A DNA stretch of 64,000 bases from the human T2T-CHM13v2.0 reference genome, Homo sapiens: the NCBI RefSeq assembly GCF_009914755.1, contig NC_060933.1. One strand, written 5' to 3'. The position numbers and the translations under genes were made by a program. Below, in pieces: positions 1 through 15,279 of the stretch (its first letter is position 1; each line of letters begins with the position of its first letter). The notes under the pieces were generated by a model. The model made no database searches. It saw only the letters and a list, made by a program, of their open reading frames with translations, and was not told the origin of the DNA.

Positions 1-296
1 GAAAGTTTGATTGACTCAGAGTTGTGCTTGGCTGAGGAAGCCTCAGGAAACTTACAATTATGGCGGAAGGAGAAGCAGGCATTTTCTTCACAGGGAAGCA
101 GCATACAAGAAGGGTGAAGGGGGAAGAGTCCCTTATAAAACCATTGGATCTTGTGAGAACTAACTCACTATCACAAGAACAGCAAGGGGAAACCACCCCG
201 ATGATCCAATTACCTCCCACCAGGTCCCTCCCTTGACACATGAAGATTATAATTTGAGATGAGATTGGGGTGGGGACACACAGCCAAACCATATCA
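1..296 (-). mobile_element. THE1-type (THE1C/D-like) MaLR 3' LTR, cut by window edge
   Basis: Ends ...gggacacacagccaaaccatatca (reverse complement of the THE1 LTR start TGATATGG). A polypurine tract (aggggcagaa on minus) lies immediately adjacent at 297-306. Confidence 0.9.
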
Positions 297-1801
297 TTCT
301 GCCCCTGGGCCCTTCCAAGTCTCACATCCTCACTTTTCAAAACCAATCATGCCTTCCCAACTGTCCCCCAAAACCAAAGTCTTAATTCATTCCAGCATTA
401 ACTCAGAAGTCTAATTCCAAAGCCTCATCTGAAACAAGGCAAGTCCCTTTTGCCTAGAAGACTGTAAAATCTTCTAAGATACAATGGGGCTACAGGCATT
501 GGATAAATGCTCCCATTCAAAATGGGAGAAATTGGCCAAAACAAAGGGATTATAGGGCCCATGCATGTCTGAAATCCAGCGGGGCAGCCATTAAATGTTA
601 AAGCTCCATAATAATCTCCTTTGACTCCATGACTCACATCCAAGGCACACTGATGCACGAGCTCTGCCTTGTGGCTTTTTAGGGTACAGCCCCTCAGCTG
701 CTTTCACAGCTGATATTGAGTATCTGCAGCTTTTTCAGGTGCATGGTACAAGCTGTCAGTGGATCTACCATTTTGGGGTCTGGAAGAGAATGGCCCTCTT
801 CTCACATCTCCACTAGGCAGTGACCCAGGTGGGACTCTGTGGCAGCTCCAACCCCACATTTTCCTTCTGCACTGCCCTAGCAGAGGTTCTTCATCAGGGC
901 TCCACACCTGCATCAGACTTCTGCCTGGACATCCAGGCATTTCTATACATCCTTGGAAATCTAGGCAGGGGTTCCCAAATTTCAATTCTTGAATTTTTTG
1001 CACCTGCAGGGCCTACACCATGTGGAAGCTGCCAAGGCTTAGGGCTTGCACCCTGTAGAGCAATAGCCTAAGCTGTACCTTGACCCCTTTTAGTCACAGC
1101 TGTAGCTGGAGCAGCTGGGACCCAGAGCACCAAGTCCTGAGGCTGCACAAAGCAGTAGAGCCCTGGACAGTGCCCATGAAATGCTTTTTCCCTTCTAGGC
1201 CTCTAGGCCTGTGATGAGAGGGGCTGCCACAAAGGTCTCTGACATGCCCTGGAGACATTTTCCTCATTATCTTGGGCTATTAACATTTGACTCTTCATTA
1301 CTTATGCAAATTTCTGCAGCTTGCTTGAATTTCTGCACAGAAAATGGGTTTTTCTCTTCTACTACATGGTCAGACTGCAAATTTTCCAAACTTTTACACT
1401 CTGTCACTTCTCGAACACTTTATTGCTTAGAAATTTCTTCTACCAGATACCCTAAGTCATCTCTCTCAAGTTCAAAGTTCCACAGATATCCAGAGCAGGG
1501 GCAAAATGCCGCCAGTCTCTTTGCTAAAGCACAGCAAGAGTGACCTTTGTTCCAGTTCCAAATAAGTTTCTCATCTCCATCTAAGACCACCTCAGCCTAG
1601 ACTTCATTGTCCATATCACTATGTGCGTTTTGGTCAAAACCTTTCAAAAGTCTCTACGAAGTTTCAAAGTTTCCCACTTCTTTCTGTTTTCTTTTGAGCC
1701 CTTTAAATTGTTCCAACCTCTGCTTGTTACCTAGTTCCAAAGTCACTTCCACATTTTCAGGTTATCTTTATAGCAGTACCCAACTCTCAGTACCAATTTA
1801 C
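297..1801 (-). mobile_element. THE1-int MaLR internal region (~1.5 kb, non-coding remnant)
   Basis: Lies between two homologous LTRs and has typical THE1-int text (ctaagatacaatggggc, ccaaaatgggagaaattggcc, agtaccaatttac at the LTR junction). Only broken ORFs. Confidence 0.88.
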
Positions 1802-2165
1802 TATATTAGTCCACTTTCACACTGCTATAAAGAAATACTGGAGACTGGGTAATTCATAAACAAAAGAGGTTTACTTGACTCACAGTTTTGCATGGCCGGG
1901 GAGGCCTCAGGAATGTTGCAGTCATGGCAGAAGTGAAAGCAGGCACCTTCTTCACCAGGCAACGGAAGACAAGAACGATGAAGAGGAAAGAACCCCTTAT
2001 AAAACCATGAGATCTTGTGAGAATTCATTCACTATCATGAGAACAGCATGGGGGAACCACCCCCATGATCTAGTCACCTCCAACAAGGTGATTATAATTA
2101 TAATTCTACCAGGAAACTATAATTTGAGATGAAATTTGGTGGTAACACAGAGTCAAAACCTATCA
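1802..2165 (-). mobile_element. THE1-type MaLR 5' LTR
   Basis: tatattagtccactttcacactgctataaag...cctatca; homologous to 1-296. Confidence 0.9.
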
Positions 2166-2189
2166 TTGGTTTATGACATTAGATATTCC

Positions 2190-2720
2190 TGTCTGTTGCT
2201 CATTCTGCACATATATCTTCTCTCGCCTTCTTTATTTTGTGTATCAGAGAAGAGGAGCTTATAGATAAATTTCCCAGAATAGGCTTCTGAGTTTAGTTCT
2301 GGGTTACAGTCTTTCAATGAGAAGAACTTGATGAAGAAGAGAAAGCCTAGGAAAAGCCCTTGTTTTTCTTCAACAGTGGCAGGCTGTCAGATAGCCAACT
2401 CTGGAGTTCACCTGACTGGGTGCTTCAGGCAGCTAGGGTAGTGTGTGGCAACTCTCCTGCTGTTCTTGAAATTCACAAGTTTAAAAGGAAGTTCTTCAAA
2501 TTCACTACTTCTCTTCTGTTGGCAGTTGGGATGATGAAGATGGTTTCACTAAAGAGTCTTTGGTGTTGCAAGTAGCTGAGATGAGATGACCTGCTTCTGC
2601 TTCACTGCCTGTCATCCATTCTATCCAGTGCTGACAGAACCTCCAATTTACTGTATTAACACTCTTTCTACCACAAACACTTCAGTAACTTTTGCTTTCC
2701 TGTCAGAACCCTGTTTTGAT
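2190..2720 (+). mobile_element. Ancient ERVL LTR (LTR33/LTR41-like)
   Basis: 3' end ctgtattaacactctttct...gctttcctgtcagaaccctg resembles the LTR33 terminus. Highly diverged; boundaries approximate. Confidence 0.4.
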
Positions 2721-3879
2721 TTTCTTCATTTCTATAATTGAAATATTGAGAAAAATATTACTTCTAACAGTAACCACTAGTAAAACTAGGTTATAATTCT
2801 AAATTATGGCAGAGTAAATATTAGAGGAGATTGGAAAATATTGGACAAAACACAAGACTATATACTATTATATACAGATATTGCATATATAGTGTTGGAG
2901 AAATAAAGTGTTCTGATACAATAAGGATAACTGAAATAAAATTATCTTTAAAAGATGAATTGTATGATGAAGCAAGAACTGTATGTGGCCTATATATATA
3001 GATATATATACACACACTTAAATGGCACATGAACATATTGTAGCAAAAATGATGGACTTTGCCCATTTTTGATATGTCTTTGATATTAAGGCTAATGCTT
3101 AGCAAAGATAAATCATATAACATTAACAAAAGACACAGCCCAATACAAACTAAAAGTAATTAAGACAAATCAATTTATTATATAATGCTGAAGAGTGAAA
3201 ATCCTCAATGAAACCAGATACTGTTCCAAATACTATTAGTCAATGCCATTGAAGAATATAAAACAGCTTAAACACATTATATTTTATATATTACCAAAAT
3301 TATATGTTGTTTTATATATTATAATATATTGTGTTATATATTATAAATGCCAGGAGATAAATGTATCATGATGTGAAGGAAGTATGGAGAATTTTGTACC
3401 TAGAAATTTAGATAAGAAACATGAAAATATTGCAAAGATATTAAAGCTGATTAAATTTGTTGGCTGCAAACAAATATATAGATAGCAACCCAGTCACTTC
3501 TCTATAAAGAAACAGTGACAACAATAGAATTGAATAGAGTAAAAACATATAATATATATTAATGTATTATGTAATGTATCTATAATAGGAGAAATTCTTT
3601 TATTTTTAGTAGCATCATGAACAAAATAATATCAATACAACATGGTGTAATTATGAGATACCTACAATTCTCATATAAAGAATATTTTGATTGTGCTACT
3701 GTAATAAAACCTGAAAAAGAGACATAGGCCTGATTTCTGGTTATAAAAGGATATTAACTATACTCCATATTTTATTTCTGAGAATTTATTCACAAAAAAT
3801 AGAAAACAATAAAATAATTATTTTAAAGTTGAAAGAATGTTGAGTTTACTGGGAATAATAATGCCTATAAATATCCAGG

Positions 3880-4450
3880 CACATTCTGGAAGTTACAGGA
3901 TACTGAGTAAAATTGCACTGATATTAACCACTTAGAAGGGTATAAATTTATACAGCATTCTATGAAGGCAATTTGGCAAATTCAATCACCTTTTAAAAAT
4001 TATTTTTAAATATAATTTAGCCAATCCCTTTTTAGGGATTTATCCTTTGAAAATATTTTTGTAGGTATACACACACACACACACACATGCATGTGTGTGC
4101 ATAGCAACGTTATTTAAATCTGGGAGCAATGTTTATAACAAATAAGCTTATCTATAATATGAAATGGCATTTACCTATTAATAGAATCTGGTAGATGCAT
4201 TGGCATTATCATAGGAAGTAACAATATATTGTTAAGAAAAAACTAGTTTCAGAAAATATATGTAGAATAAATCAATTTTTCTTAAATATAGGTGCTCATT
4301 ACATGTGTGCATTAAGAATTTAGAAGTTGATACATTAAACTGTTAATAATCAGTGTTGCTGGGTATTGAGTTGTTTGTGAACCTTACTTTCAATTTTATA
4401 CATTTCTGCATTATTGGAATTTTCAAGTATGTTTTACTTTTGCAATCAGT
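3880..4450 (+). mobile_element. Ancient L1M (L1ME-like) 3' remnant
   Basis: gggtataaatttatacagcattctatgaaggcaatttggcaa and ctagggatttatcc-like motifs of old L1 3' ends; boundaries approximate. Confidence 0.4.
4068..4100. repeat. (CA)n microsatellite running into an inverted (TG) arm
   Basis: acacacacacacacacacatgcatgtgtgtgc. Confidence 0.85.
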
Positions 4451-5601
4451 AAAACCAAGCCATTTTTAAAGAAAGATACCTTTGTCCTTTCAGTTGATTA
4501 AATAAAGAATTTTATAATGTAGCCAAGATTTATTGAAGCACAAAGTAAAGAAAAGAGGATAATGCAATTATGCAGGTACCTCTGTATCCTACTGCTTTGT
4601 TTACCTTGCATAGTGTACTGAGATGGAGAACTATGGCTATAATGAAAACGAATCCTGTGAGCCAGTCGTTTTGTGGATAGATTTATTTTTATAGTTTCCT
4701 TAGTGTTAGTCTGTAGGGGAGAAAGACATAACATGAGAATGGGAACAATAAAATATCTCATTTTGTACCTCCTTCTACTGACAGCTGTAAGTAATACCAT
4801 ATGTTTACATATCACCTATTTTAGGGAGTGAAGTATATTTATGGGGAGCTATTCATTGTCAGCACATTCCTGTGCCTGTATGCAGGCTCCATGAGCTGAC
4901 CATTTGAATAAATTCAATAAATTACCTAATGACAGCTATTTTTTTGCATACTTGTCAATTAAATCTAGCTAATTTACTTTCTAATTTCATTAATTTGTTA
5001 TGAAATTATTTAATTTTATATTAAATCAAATTCTGACTGGTTTTGTTATTCTGACTGGTTTTTAAACCGTGCATTCAAAATTGTGGCAAATAGGGTAAAA
5101 CTGCCACAATTTCTGTTTTTCAAAATATTTCAGCATATTCAACAATAATTAGAGTCACATTGAAGTTCTAGTACAGGAAATTGCCTACAAATCCTGCTTA
5201 CCTTACTTTTTAATTGAGATTCATGACACTTCAGAGGAATTACTTTGGGAAAAACGCCTAAGTCTCAATCTCCCAAGCATCTTTTCATTTAATGCTAAAC
5301 TTCTATCAAGAACCTACCATAAGCTCTAGACGGGCAAAGCTGTACATTATCTTTAAAGGAATACAGGCCATTAAATACAAAGTATGATAAGATAAAAGTG
5401 AACATGCATTAGGAGTTCTAAGAAAACGTTTTAACTACCTGCTAACTCAGGAACCAACTGGGCAAAAAAGGATGGTTAAGGAATTCTAGGCAGAACCCAT
5501 ATCTTTTGGGAAAGAACAAAATTGTTATAAAGCATGGGAAAGTCAGTATCTGTTGGGATTGGAACAGAAGTCGGGGGAGGTGAAGTGGCAGAAGATTTGG
5601 C

Positions 5602-5740
5602 TTTTTTTGCTTGTTTGTTTTTTAGAGATGGGGTTTTGCCATGCTGCCCAGGCTGGTCTCAAACTCCTGGGCTCAAGTGATCTGCCCACCTCAGCCTCCC
5701 AAAGTGCTGGGATTATAGATATGAGCCACTGCACCCAGCC
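5602..5740 (-). mobile_element. Alu monomer (FLAM_C-like)
   Basis: T-rich tail, then agagatggggttttgccatgctgcccaggctggtctcaaactcctgggctcaag...gagccactgcacccagcc; single arm only. Confidence 0.88.
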
Positions 5741-5807
5741 TCGTGTTAGTCTTGTTTTAGATGTTTAACAAGGATCCTCATGAGGAGTCATTAAAACAGG
5801 GGAGTGG

Positions 5808-6779
5808 TGATAGTAGCAGGAGGCAGCCAAATGCCTGGGCAGATATGGGCGGGTACCTGGTGAAACCCCACCTCCAAGCTGAAGACAGCTGAAAGCCTGA
5901 AAGCCAAGCTACAAGTTTAATCCTCAGATTGGACTGAAAACTTGTCTTCCTGTTTGGCATGCTTTCCTCTGACAGATCCCCACCCTTCACCTATATTACA
6001 TATACCTATCCTTTCCTAATTGGTTTTCTCTACTGTTGTGTGCGCCTTTGAGTGGTGTCTTCACTTTATCTTTTTTTGCATACTCACAAGTCAATCAGCA
6101 TGCCCTCACCATCCTGTGCTTATAAAGACTCCAGATTCAGTTGGTAGAGGAAGAAATGGCCTGACTTCAGGGAATAGAGACAGCCTGACTTCGGGGAAGA
6201 CAACCTGCCATTCCCATCCCCTCTCCAGCTCCCCTCTCTGCTAACAGCTGTTTCTATCACTCAATAAAATTCTCCGCCTTCACCATCTTTCAACTGTTCA
6301 TGTGACCTCATTCTTCTTGGACGCCAGAAGACCTCATTCTTCTTGGACCTCATTCTTCTTGGACGCTCGGGACCCAATGAGTGCCGGGGGTACCCAGAAA
6401 GGCTATCACACCAGCCCTTTGCCGTTGCTGGCAGGGGGCAGCCACTTCATGTGATGAGGCAAGGGGCCAACTCAGCTGCTAACACACCACCGTCCACGGA
6501 TGGTAGAACTAAAGGAGCACTGTAACACCCCCTCTGTGGCTTCGGGGTTGTGGGCCCCCTCACATGGGTACTGTGGCTTTCCCCTCAAGGCAACACACCT
6601 GATCTGGCCGCAAGCCCTGCATGGAGCTTGTTTCTGTGTCAGAGCCCAGAGTGGCCAGCTGGATCCTGCACTCACTTGCTCACGTGCTCCTTCCTGCAAG
6701 GGACTGAGCACAGTGGGCCGAGTACAGGGGGTGCCCCTGCCTTGAGTCCAGTAAAGGGGCTGAGAGAAATCCTGCATCA
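5808..6779 (+). mobile_element. Solo ERV1 LTR, LTR1/LTR28 family
   Basis: TGATAG...CATCA termini. Shares its architecture with 18528-19346 and 55976-56783 (ccccacc..caagc, ctcaataaaattctcc, taaaggagcactgtaacac). AATAAA at ~6263. TSD not clean (gtgg/atga). Confidence 0.8.
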
Positions 6780-6914
6780 ATGACACATTTGAATTCCTGT
6801 CTCTTTGGCAGTGATGTTAGTATTACAGCAAGGATGTGATCGGACTAGAAATCATAAACCATTATATTTAGCAATATATATTTCTCAGAATTAATCCTTT
6901 ATAAGGCAAGGTAA

Positions 6915-7132
6915 TTAGAGGCTGAAATTATAAGCTCTGGGCCCTAATCCTGGCATCATCCAGCTGTGTAACTTTTAGCAAATCATTGTTTTATCTTCTC
7001 TGCGCCTTAGGTTTCTTATCTGTGAAAATGTTAGTAATAATTATAATAATAATAACAGTAGCTCTCAGGGTTAATGTAAGGATTTAAACAATTAATGTAT
7101 GGAAAGTGCAATTCTCAATAAATGTTAGCTAA
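6915..7132 (+). mobile_element. MIR SINE
   Basis: MIR core: ctctgcgccttaggtttcttatctgtgaaaatg...ctcaataaatgttagct. Confidence 0.7.
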
Positions 7133-8584
7133 TGGTTTTATCTTATCTGCCCTCTGTTTCCTCGTTGGTTTTAAAAAATGTTTTAGTCAAGTATCTTTCT
7201 TTACAGTAAATTCCACTTTCTTGTCAGGGACCCCCCCAGCACTGCCATTCTGCTTTCTTTGTATTCTTTTTCCTCATTCTTTTAGAAACCTGTTGTGATC
7301 CTATGGTTAGTAGTTTGTTATTTACTCTCCATTCCATGTAAGCTGCATTTCTTATAAAAGTCTCATACTCCAGAACTTAGTTTTCACTTTCCTTCTCAGA
7401 CTGGTGTAAATGGTTGAGGGAAAGCATTGTCAAAGCAAGATCTGGGTAGCTGAAACAAAATTACTGTGGGCAAGGAAAATGGATCCTTGTCAGATAGCAA
7501 AGGAGTCTTGAAGCCACATATGCAAGGGACATGGAGAGTTCTGCCTGTAGGGACCAAGAGGTTTCAAAGTTTAGCCCACACAATACAGACACAATCTCAG
7601 GCAAAGACAAATTTATTCATGTCCCCTTTTTCCCAATCTCAGTCCAGACTGACTCAAGAATCAGTAAAAACAAAGAACTTAAACAATGATAAATCAGAGG
7701 GCACATTTGCATTGGGGGAAGAAGTGAGTAGGATCTCTAACAATTTACTGTCATCTATTCATTCAGGAGAAAAATGACAAGTGCCTTTTTTTGTTTTTGT
7801 ATTTGGTCCAGGGGATAGAGATAAACCTGGCACCAGTTTTGCCTTGATATTTGTAGGGAGTGGAGGAAACAAACAGGAAAGTGGCCAATTATAGGTCTGC
7901 ACTGTAAGTGCTCAGGTGGGGAGAATTCTTCACTGCGGAGTCTCAGAGAAGACAATTACTGGGCACGGCAGCACTTTCTAGAGGTAACATCTGTTCCTGA
8001 GGTGGAGACTGTTTATTCTGTGCTCTTTATGTTTTCTTTTTCAGCTGTGTTTAGGTGGGGAGGGCACGGAAGTGTTTTTGCCGCCCAAGTGTGGAATAAA
8101 CCACTGCAGATCCAATCTGATACTGATTAAATGAGGGCCTGAAAGTGAGGCCTTCAGGGTGTTTCCCTGTATAGCCTTTCAAATGCTTAGATGAATTACA
8201 GTAAATCAATAGAAAACTTTGACATTTGCCCTGTTTGAGTTTCACAGAGTACTAGCTTCTTTTACAGACACTGAGATATTCAAGTTCCCAATTAGGGCCC
8301 AAGTGTGATGTTGTATCAAAAGAATTAGAAGGAAAAGCAATGTGTGTGTAGATTATTAAACCAGCTTGTTAATATCCTAAAGTTATTATGACTATCGGAA
8401 GCTATTATAGGGGAAATATCATTATAGTCAATAATTTTAACAAAACTCTCTTTCATCTGTCTGCAGATTAATCATTCTCCTTTTATATTCCAATTGTAAT
8501 TCTACTTCTTTATTTTTTAACTTCTTTCAGAAAGGAAAACATGAAAAATAATTGCATGACAATTTGGCTTAAGTTAAAAATTAA

Positions 8585-9962
8585 CTTAAGTATGAATAGA
8601 AGTATGAGACTAGACCCTCTCTCTCACAGCATACAAAAGTCAACTCAAAATGGATTAAACACTTAACCACAAAACCTGAAACTATAAAACTACTAGAAGA
8701 AAACATAAGGGAAATGCTCCATGACATTGGAGAATCTTTGCCCATGACATTGGTCTGGGCAAAGATCTTTTAGACAATAACTCAAAATCACAGGCAACGA
8801 AAGTAAAAATAGACAAATGGGATTGTATCAAACTGAAAAACTTCTGCATAGCAAAGAAAACAACAAAGTGAAGAGAAAACCTACAGAATGGGATAAAATA
8901 GCTAAAAACCATATATCGGACAAGGGTCTAATATAAAAAATATATAAGAAACCCAAACACTTAATAGAAAAAAATAACAATAATCTGATTAAAAGATGAG
9001 CAAAAGATTTGAATAGACCCCTCTCAAAAGAAGACATACAAACAGCTAACAGGTATATGACAAATGCTCAATATCACTAAACATTAGGGAGATGCAAATC
9101 AAAACCACAATGAGATATCACCTCACCCCAGTTAAAATGGCTATTATCAAAACAACAAAAGGTAATTTATGCTGGCAAGGATGTGGAAAAAAGGGAGCTC
9201 TTATGCACTGTTTGTGGGAGTATAAAAAAGTCCAGCGACTATGTAAAACAGTATACAGGTTCTTCAAAAAACTAAAAATAGAGCTACCATTTGATCCAGC
9301 AATGCCACTACTGGGTATATATCAAAAAGAAATAAAATCAGTATGTCTAAGAGATATCTGCACTCCCATATTAATTGCAGCATTGTTCACAACAGCTAAG
9401 AAATGGAATCAATCCAAGTGTCTATTAACAGATGAATGGATAAAGAAAACAGAGTATAAATGTATACACAATGAAATACTATTTAGCCATAAAAAATAAA
9501 ATCCTCTCATTTGTGGCAACATGGATAAACCTGGAGGACATTCTGTTAAATGAGCCAGGCATAGAAGCACAAATACTGAATGATGTCATTCATGTACGGA
9601 ATCTATAAAAGCTGATCTCACAGAATTAGAGAGTAGAATAGTGGTTACCAGAGGCTAGGGAAGGAAGAGGCAAGGAGGAATTAAGACAGATTGGTCAATG
9701 GGTATGGGGTCATCGTTAATAGGAATACTAAGTTCTGGTGCATTGTTGTGCAGGAGGATGAATATAATTAATAATATTGTATAATTTACTTCCAAAGAGC
9801 TAGAAAAGAGGATTTAGAATGTTGTCACCACAAATAAATGATGAATGGTTGAGATGATGGGAATGATAAATACTCTGATTCAATCATTACAATCATTACA
9901 GGTATCAAAACATCTCACTGTAGCCCCATAAATGTGTACGATTACTATGTGCCAATTAAAAT
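8585..9962 (+). mobile_element. 5'-truncated L1MA-type LINE-1 (ORF2 C-terminus plus 3'UTR)
   Basis: ORF 9092-9499 gives [19 protein letters not shown]...[16 protein letters not shown] (ORF2 CCHC region), followed by an L1MA-style 3'UTR (gagagtagaatagtggttaccagaggctaggg). Confidence 0.9.
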
Positions 9963-11973
9963 CATATATGGATATAATTTTTCTCTAAAAACAGTAATAT
10001 CTACTTTTGATATTTTCCAGATTATGTTTGGAGATCTGTACATATATCATTTCTTTTAATAAACACAACAGCCTCATCCATCTCTTTTCCATCAATCCAT
10101 CTACCCAAATATTGTTTCTAACTATTTTGGAAACAATAGTTGCAAATATAGAAGGATATCAAACAAAACAGATCCCTGAGCTGCAAAAATAGACATTAAA
10201 AGTTTATGAACTAAATTTCAAGTCATGTGTTATGGAAACAAGTTGCCCTTCCCTGTGAGAATACCTGTGTTATAATTTTTGAAAGAAATTAACTCATTTA
10301 TCTGGAGAGCTTTGTTTCCTGAAATACTCATCAGGTGACATTCTGGAGAGCCTGTTTTGAATATGTCACCTTCCTCCTGATACTGATGGACACTCTATGT
10401 ACAAGTTAATATTGTACACCTGTAGATTAGTTTTAGTTCACACTTTCCTAGATGACTTTAAAGAGAACACTGAACAGACATCAGACCAAACAATAGCATT
10501 TATCATCCTCCAGTTTACCCCTCTAAATCTTAGCTCCTAAGAACTAACAATATTTTTACTTAATACCTTATTATTGTCCACTAACTCTTTAGGAATCATA
10601 AACACAACATTTTAAATATTTTTCTAAGACACTCAAGAGATAGAAAATCAGAAAGAATAAAATACACTAATCACATTTTTAGTTGCTTTATATTTTCAAT
10701 AATTGTTTAGTATTACAGATAAAGTTGAATTATCTTTTGTTCCTATCCCTAGAACCATTATTCATCTCCCTCTACTGGAGGTATATTTTGTTTAAATTGC
10801 ATAACATATGTGATGCAAACTATCACGCTGTATATTGTTGAGTTTTTTCCCACTCACTGATTTTTTAATCTCTCCATATTCCAAATATGGTTTTAGTTCA
10901 ATCTTTTATCCATAGCATTGAATTCCACCTCTTGAATATATCATTTTATTTACTTATTGCTCTGATAAGAGGCATTTAAACTGATTCAATTTTTTAATTT
11001 TCATTCCAAAATCTGCTAAAGAGAAATTTTTCTCTGCGCTTATAAAAATGTTCTTTAGGGAATTACTTAGAAAATAAATATTGAATTATATTTATGGTTT
11101 CACTGAGTCCTGCCAAATTGTAATGTAAAACATTTTTACCAATTTACAGTCTCTCCAGCAGGGTATGAGAATGCCCATTCCCTACTGTCCCAACTGTCAA
11201 ATTTTGTTGTTGCTATTACGGACAATCTGATGAGTGATTAAGGGTATCTCTGAAAGGCCATTTTTATCTGAATAATTTTAAGCAACTAAAGTAAACATTA
11301 AAACATAAAATATTATCCTGAATCTCCTCCATTAATGAAATAACTTGAAGGTGTTAGAGAGAGGACCAAGGCAAAAACATACCCTAGGGAGGACAGAAAC
11401 TATTTTTTTTAATTTTTTGGCCAGAGAAATCTATTATACTGCTACTTCAGGAATTTGTTACACTGCTATTTTGTTTGTGGGAAAGAATGTTATTTATTCA
11501 TATTGCTGAATAAATAAAACATTGGAATGCAAATTTTCTACTTGAAGTAACCCTGAACAAATGGAAGGCCAGATTAACTATAGGCTTTGGTAAGTGTTTA
11601 AATTTTACAAATTTGATGTTTATAATTAGGAAATAATTATAGTGGATAGATTTATTCAGACATACTCTCTGTGCGTTGTAATGCTCCAAAAATAATTAGA
11701 GCAGTGTAAAAATGTCACAAAAATAGCAGAATTGACCAAGAGAAAAAAACGTCAAAAGTGAATTAAATTATATATAAAATTTTAATAGAATAAAATAAGC
11801 ATTAAAAGCTTTATATAAATTTAAAAGTTTAATTAATAACATAAAAGAGCTGCTAGCTTCTTTACTCTCATTATCTTTGTATTTTACTTATGTTCCCTAC
11901 ACGCCAACTGTATTGAATTCTTACTTCTGCAAGCTTCTCAAGAACTTTAACAATTCGGTACTCTTGTGCATAT

Positions 11974-14288
<2,315 letters not shown>

Positions 14289-14659
14289 GTAGAAAATCTC
14301 ACCCTTCCATGTTCTACCTAAGGAATTCACCTTTATCAGGATCTTTTTGGGAGTCTATGTTGTCTTCCAAAATCAGGAGGATTTTCTGTCTTCCTCCACT
14401 GAGTTTTCAAATTCTGTTTATGCCTCTTTTAGAGTGCTTTCCATTTTTATGTATTTGTCTGCCTCAATCACTTTTAAACCTAGCAGTACTTTAGAAAAGT
14501 AAACTTTTCAATGAATTCTTATGTCCACGTTGCCTAGCGCAGAGCTTGGCTCATAGAAAACACAATTAAATAAACAAACAAATACATAAATATCAGTATA
14601 GATGGAAATGCTTCACACAATATATCATATGGTAAGACGGATCAAATGATTAAATACGA

Positions 14660-15075
14660 TCTCAACTTGGGTCCTCCAAGAAGCAGAGCTAGAAGTGTAA
14701 GAAATGTATTGGGAAAGGTCCCATGTAGGGTAAACAGGAAGTGGATAAGCCTAGGCAGGAAGAATCTTCAAATCCCAATGCAGGTCAGATACCTGCAAAA
14801 GGAAAGAAGGAAGAACAAAATGGGTAGGAAGAGTCTCATATTCTAGTGAGGCTCTGAAAGTTTCAGGCAGGCCATGGATGTCCTGAGCAAGGTTTACCTC
14901 ATGGAAAATTTCAGCCTCAGGAAGAAATGGTACAGAACTAGTGCCTCCAGCCTGCTGGCTCGGTAATGGATGCAGAGCAGACAGGAAAAGCAACGGTGGA
15001 TGTAATGGGTAGCACTGCACTGGGGCTGATAATCAGCTATGCACTTGGAAATCTGAGTGACACACTTTCATAGCA
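14660..15075 (-). mobile_element. Ancient ERVL LTR (LTR40-like)
   Basis: Similar to 35585-36035 (gaaggaaagaaggaag...gggtaggaagagtctca...cagtg). Confidence 0.45.
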
Positions 15076-15279
15076 ACAACAAAAATATAAAATACAATCT
15101 TTGTACTAGCCAAAAAAAATAAAGACTAGGTAATTTACCTTATTGTAAATGAATAGTTATTAGACATTATTTATAGCCTACTTTGTTATTTCTTACTTTC
15201 TAAATACTATGAATTATATAACTCCATACCAGCGGAAGATGCTATCTGAATTCATCCATTCATGATGATCCTATTTGTT

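Noticed and set aside
200-215. DUX4 site in the THE1 LTR
   Set aside because: TAATTGGATCA deviates from the TAAYYYAATCA-type motif, and the other THE1 copies are more degenerate.
1890-1906. PRDM9 hotspot motif in the THE1 LTR
   Set aside because: Reads CCTCCCCGGCCAT on minus, failing positions 7 and 13 of CCNCCNTNNCCNC.
425-2132. Short ORFs in the THE1 element
   Set aside because: Fragments of a decayed MaLR internal region and LTR; no intact gag-like frame.
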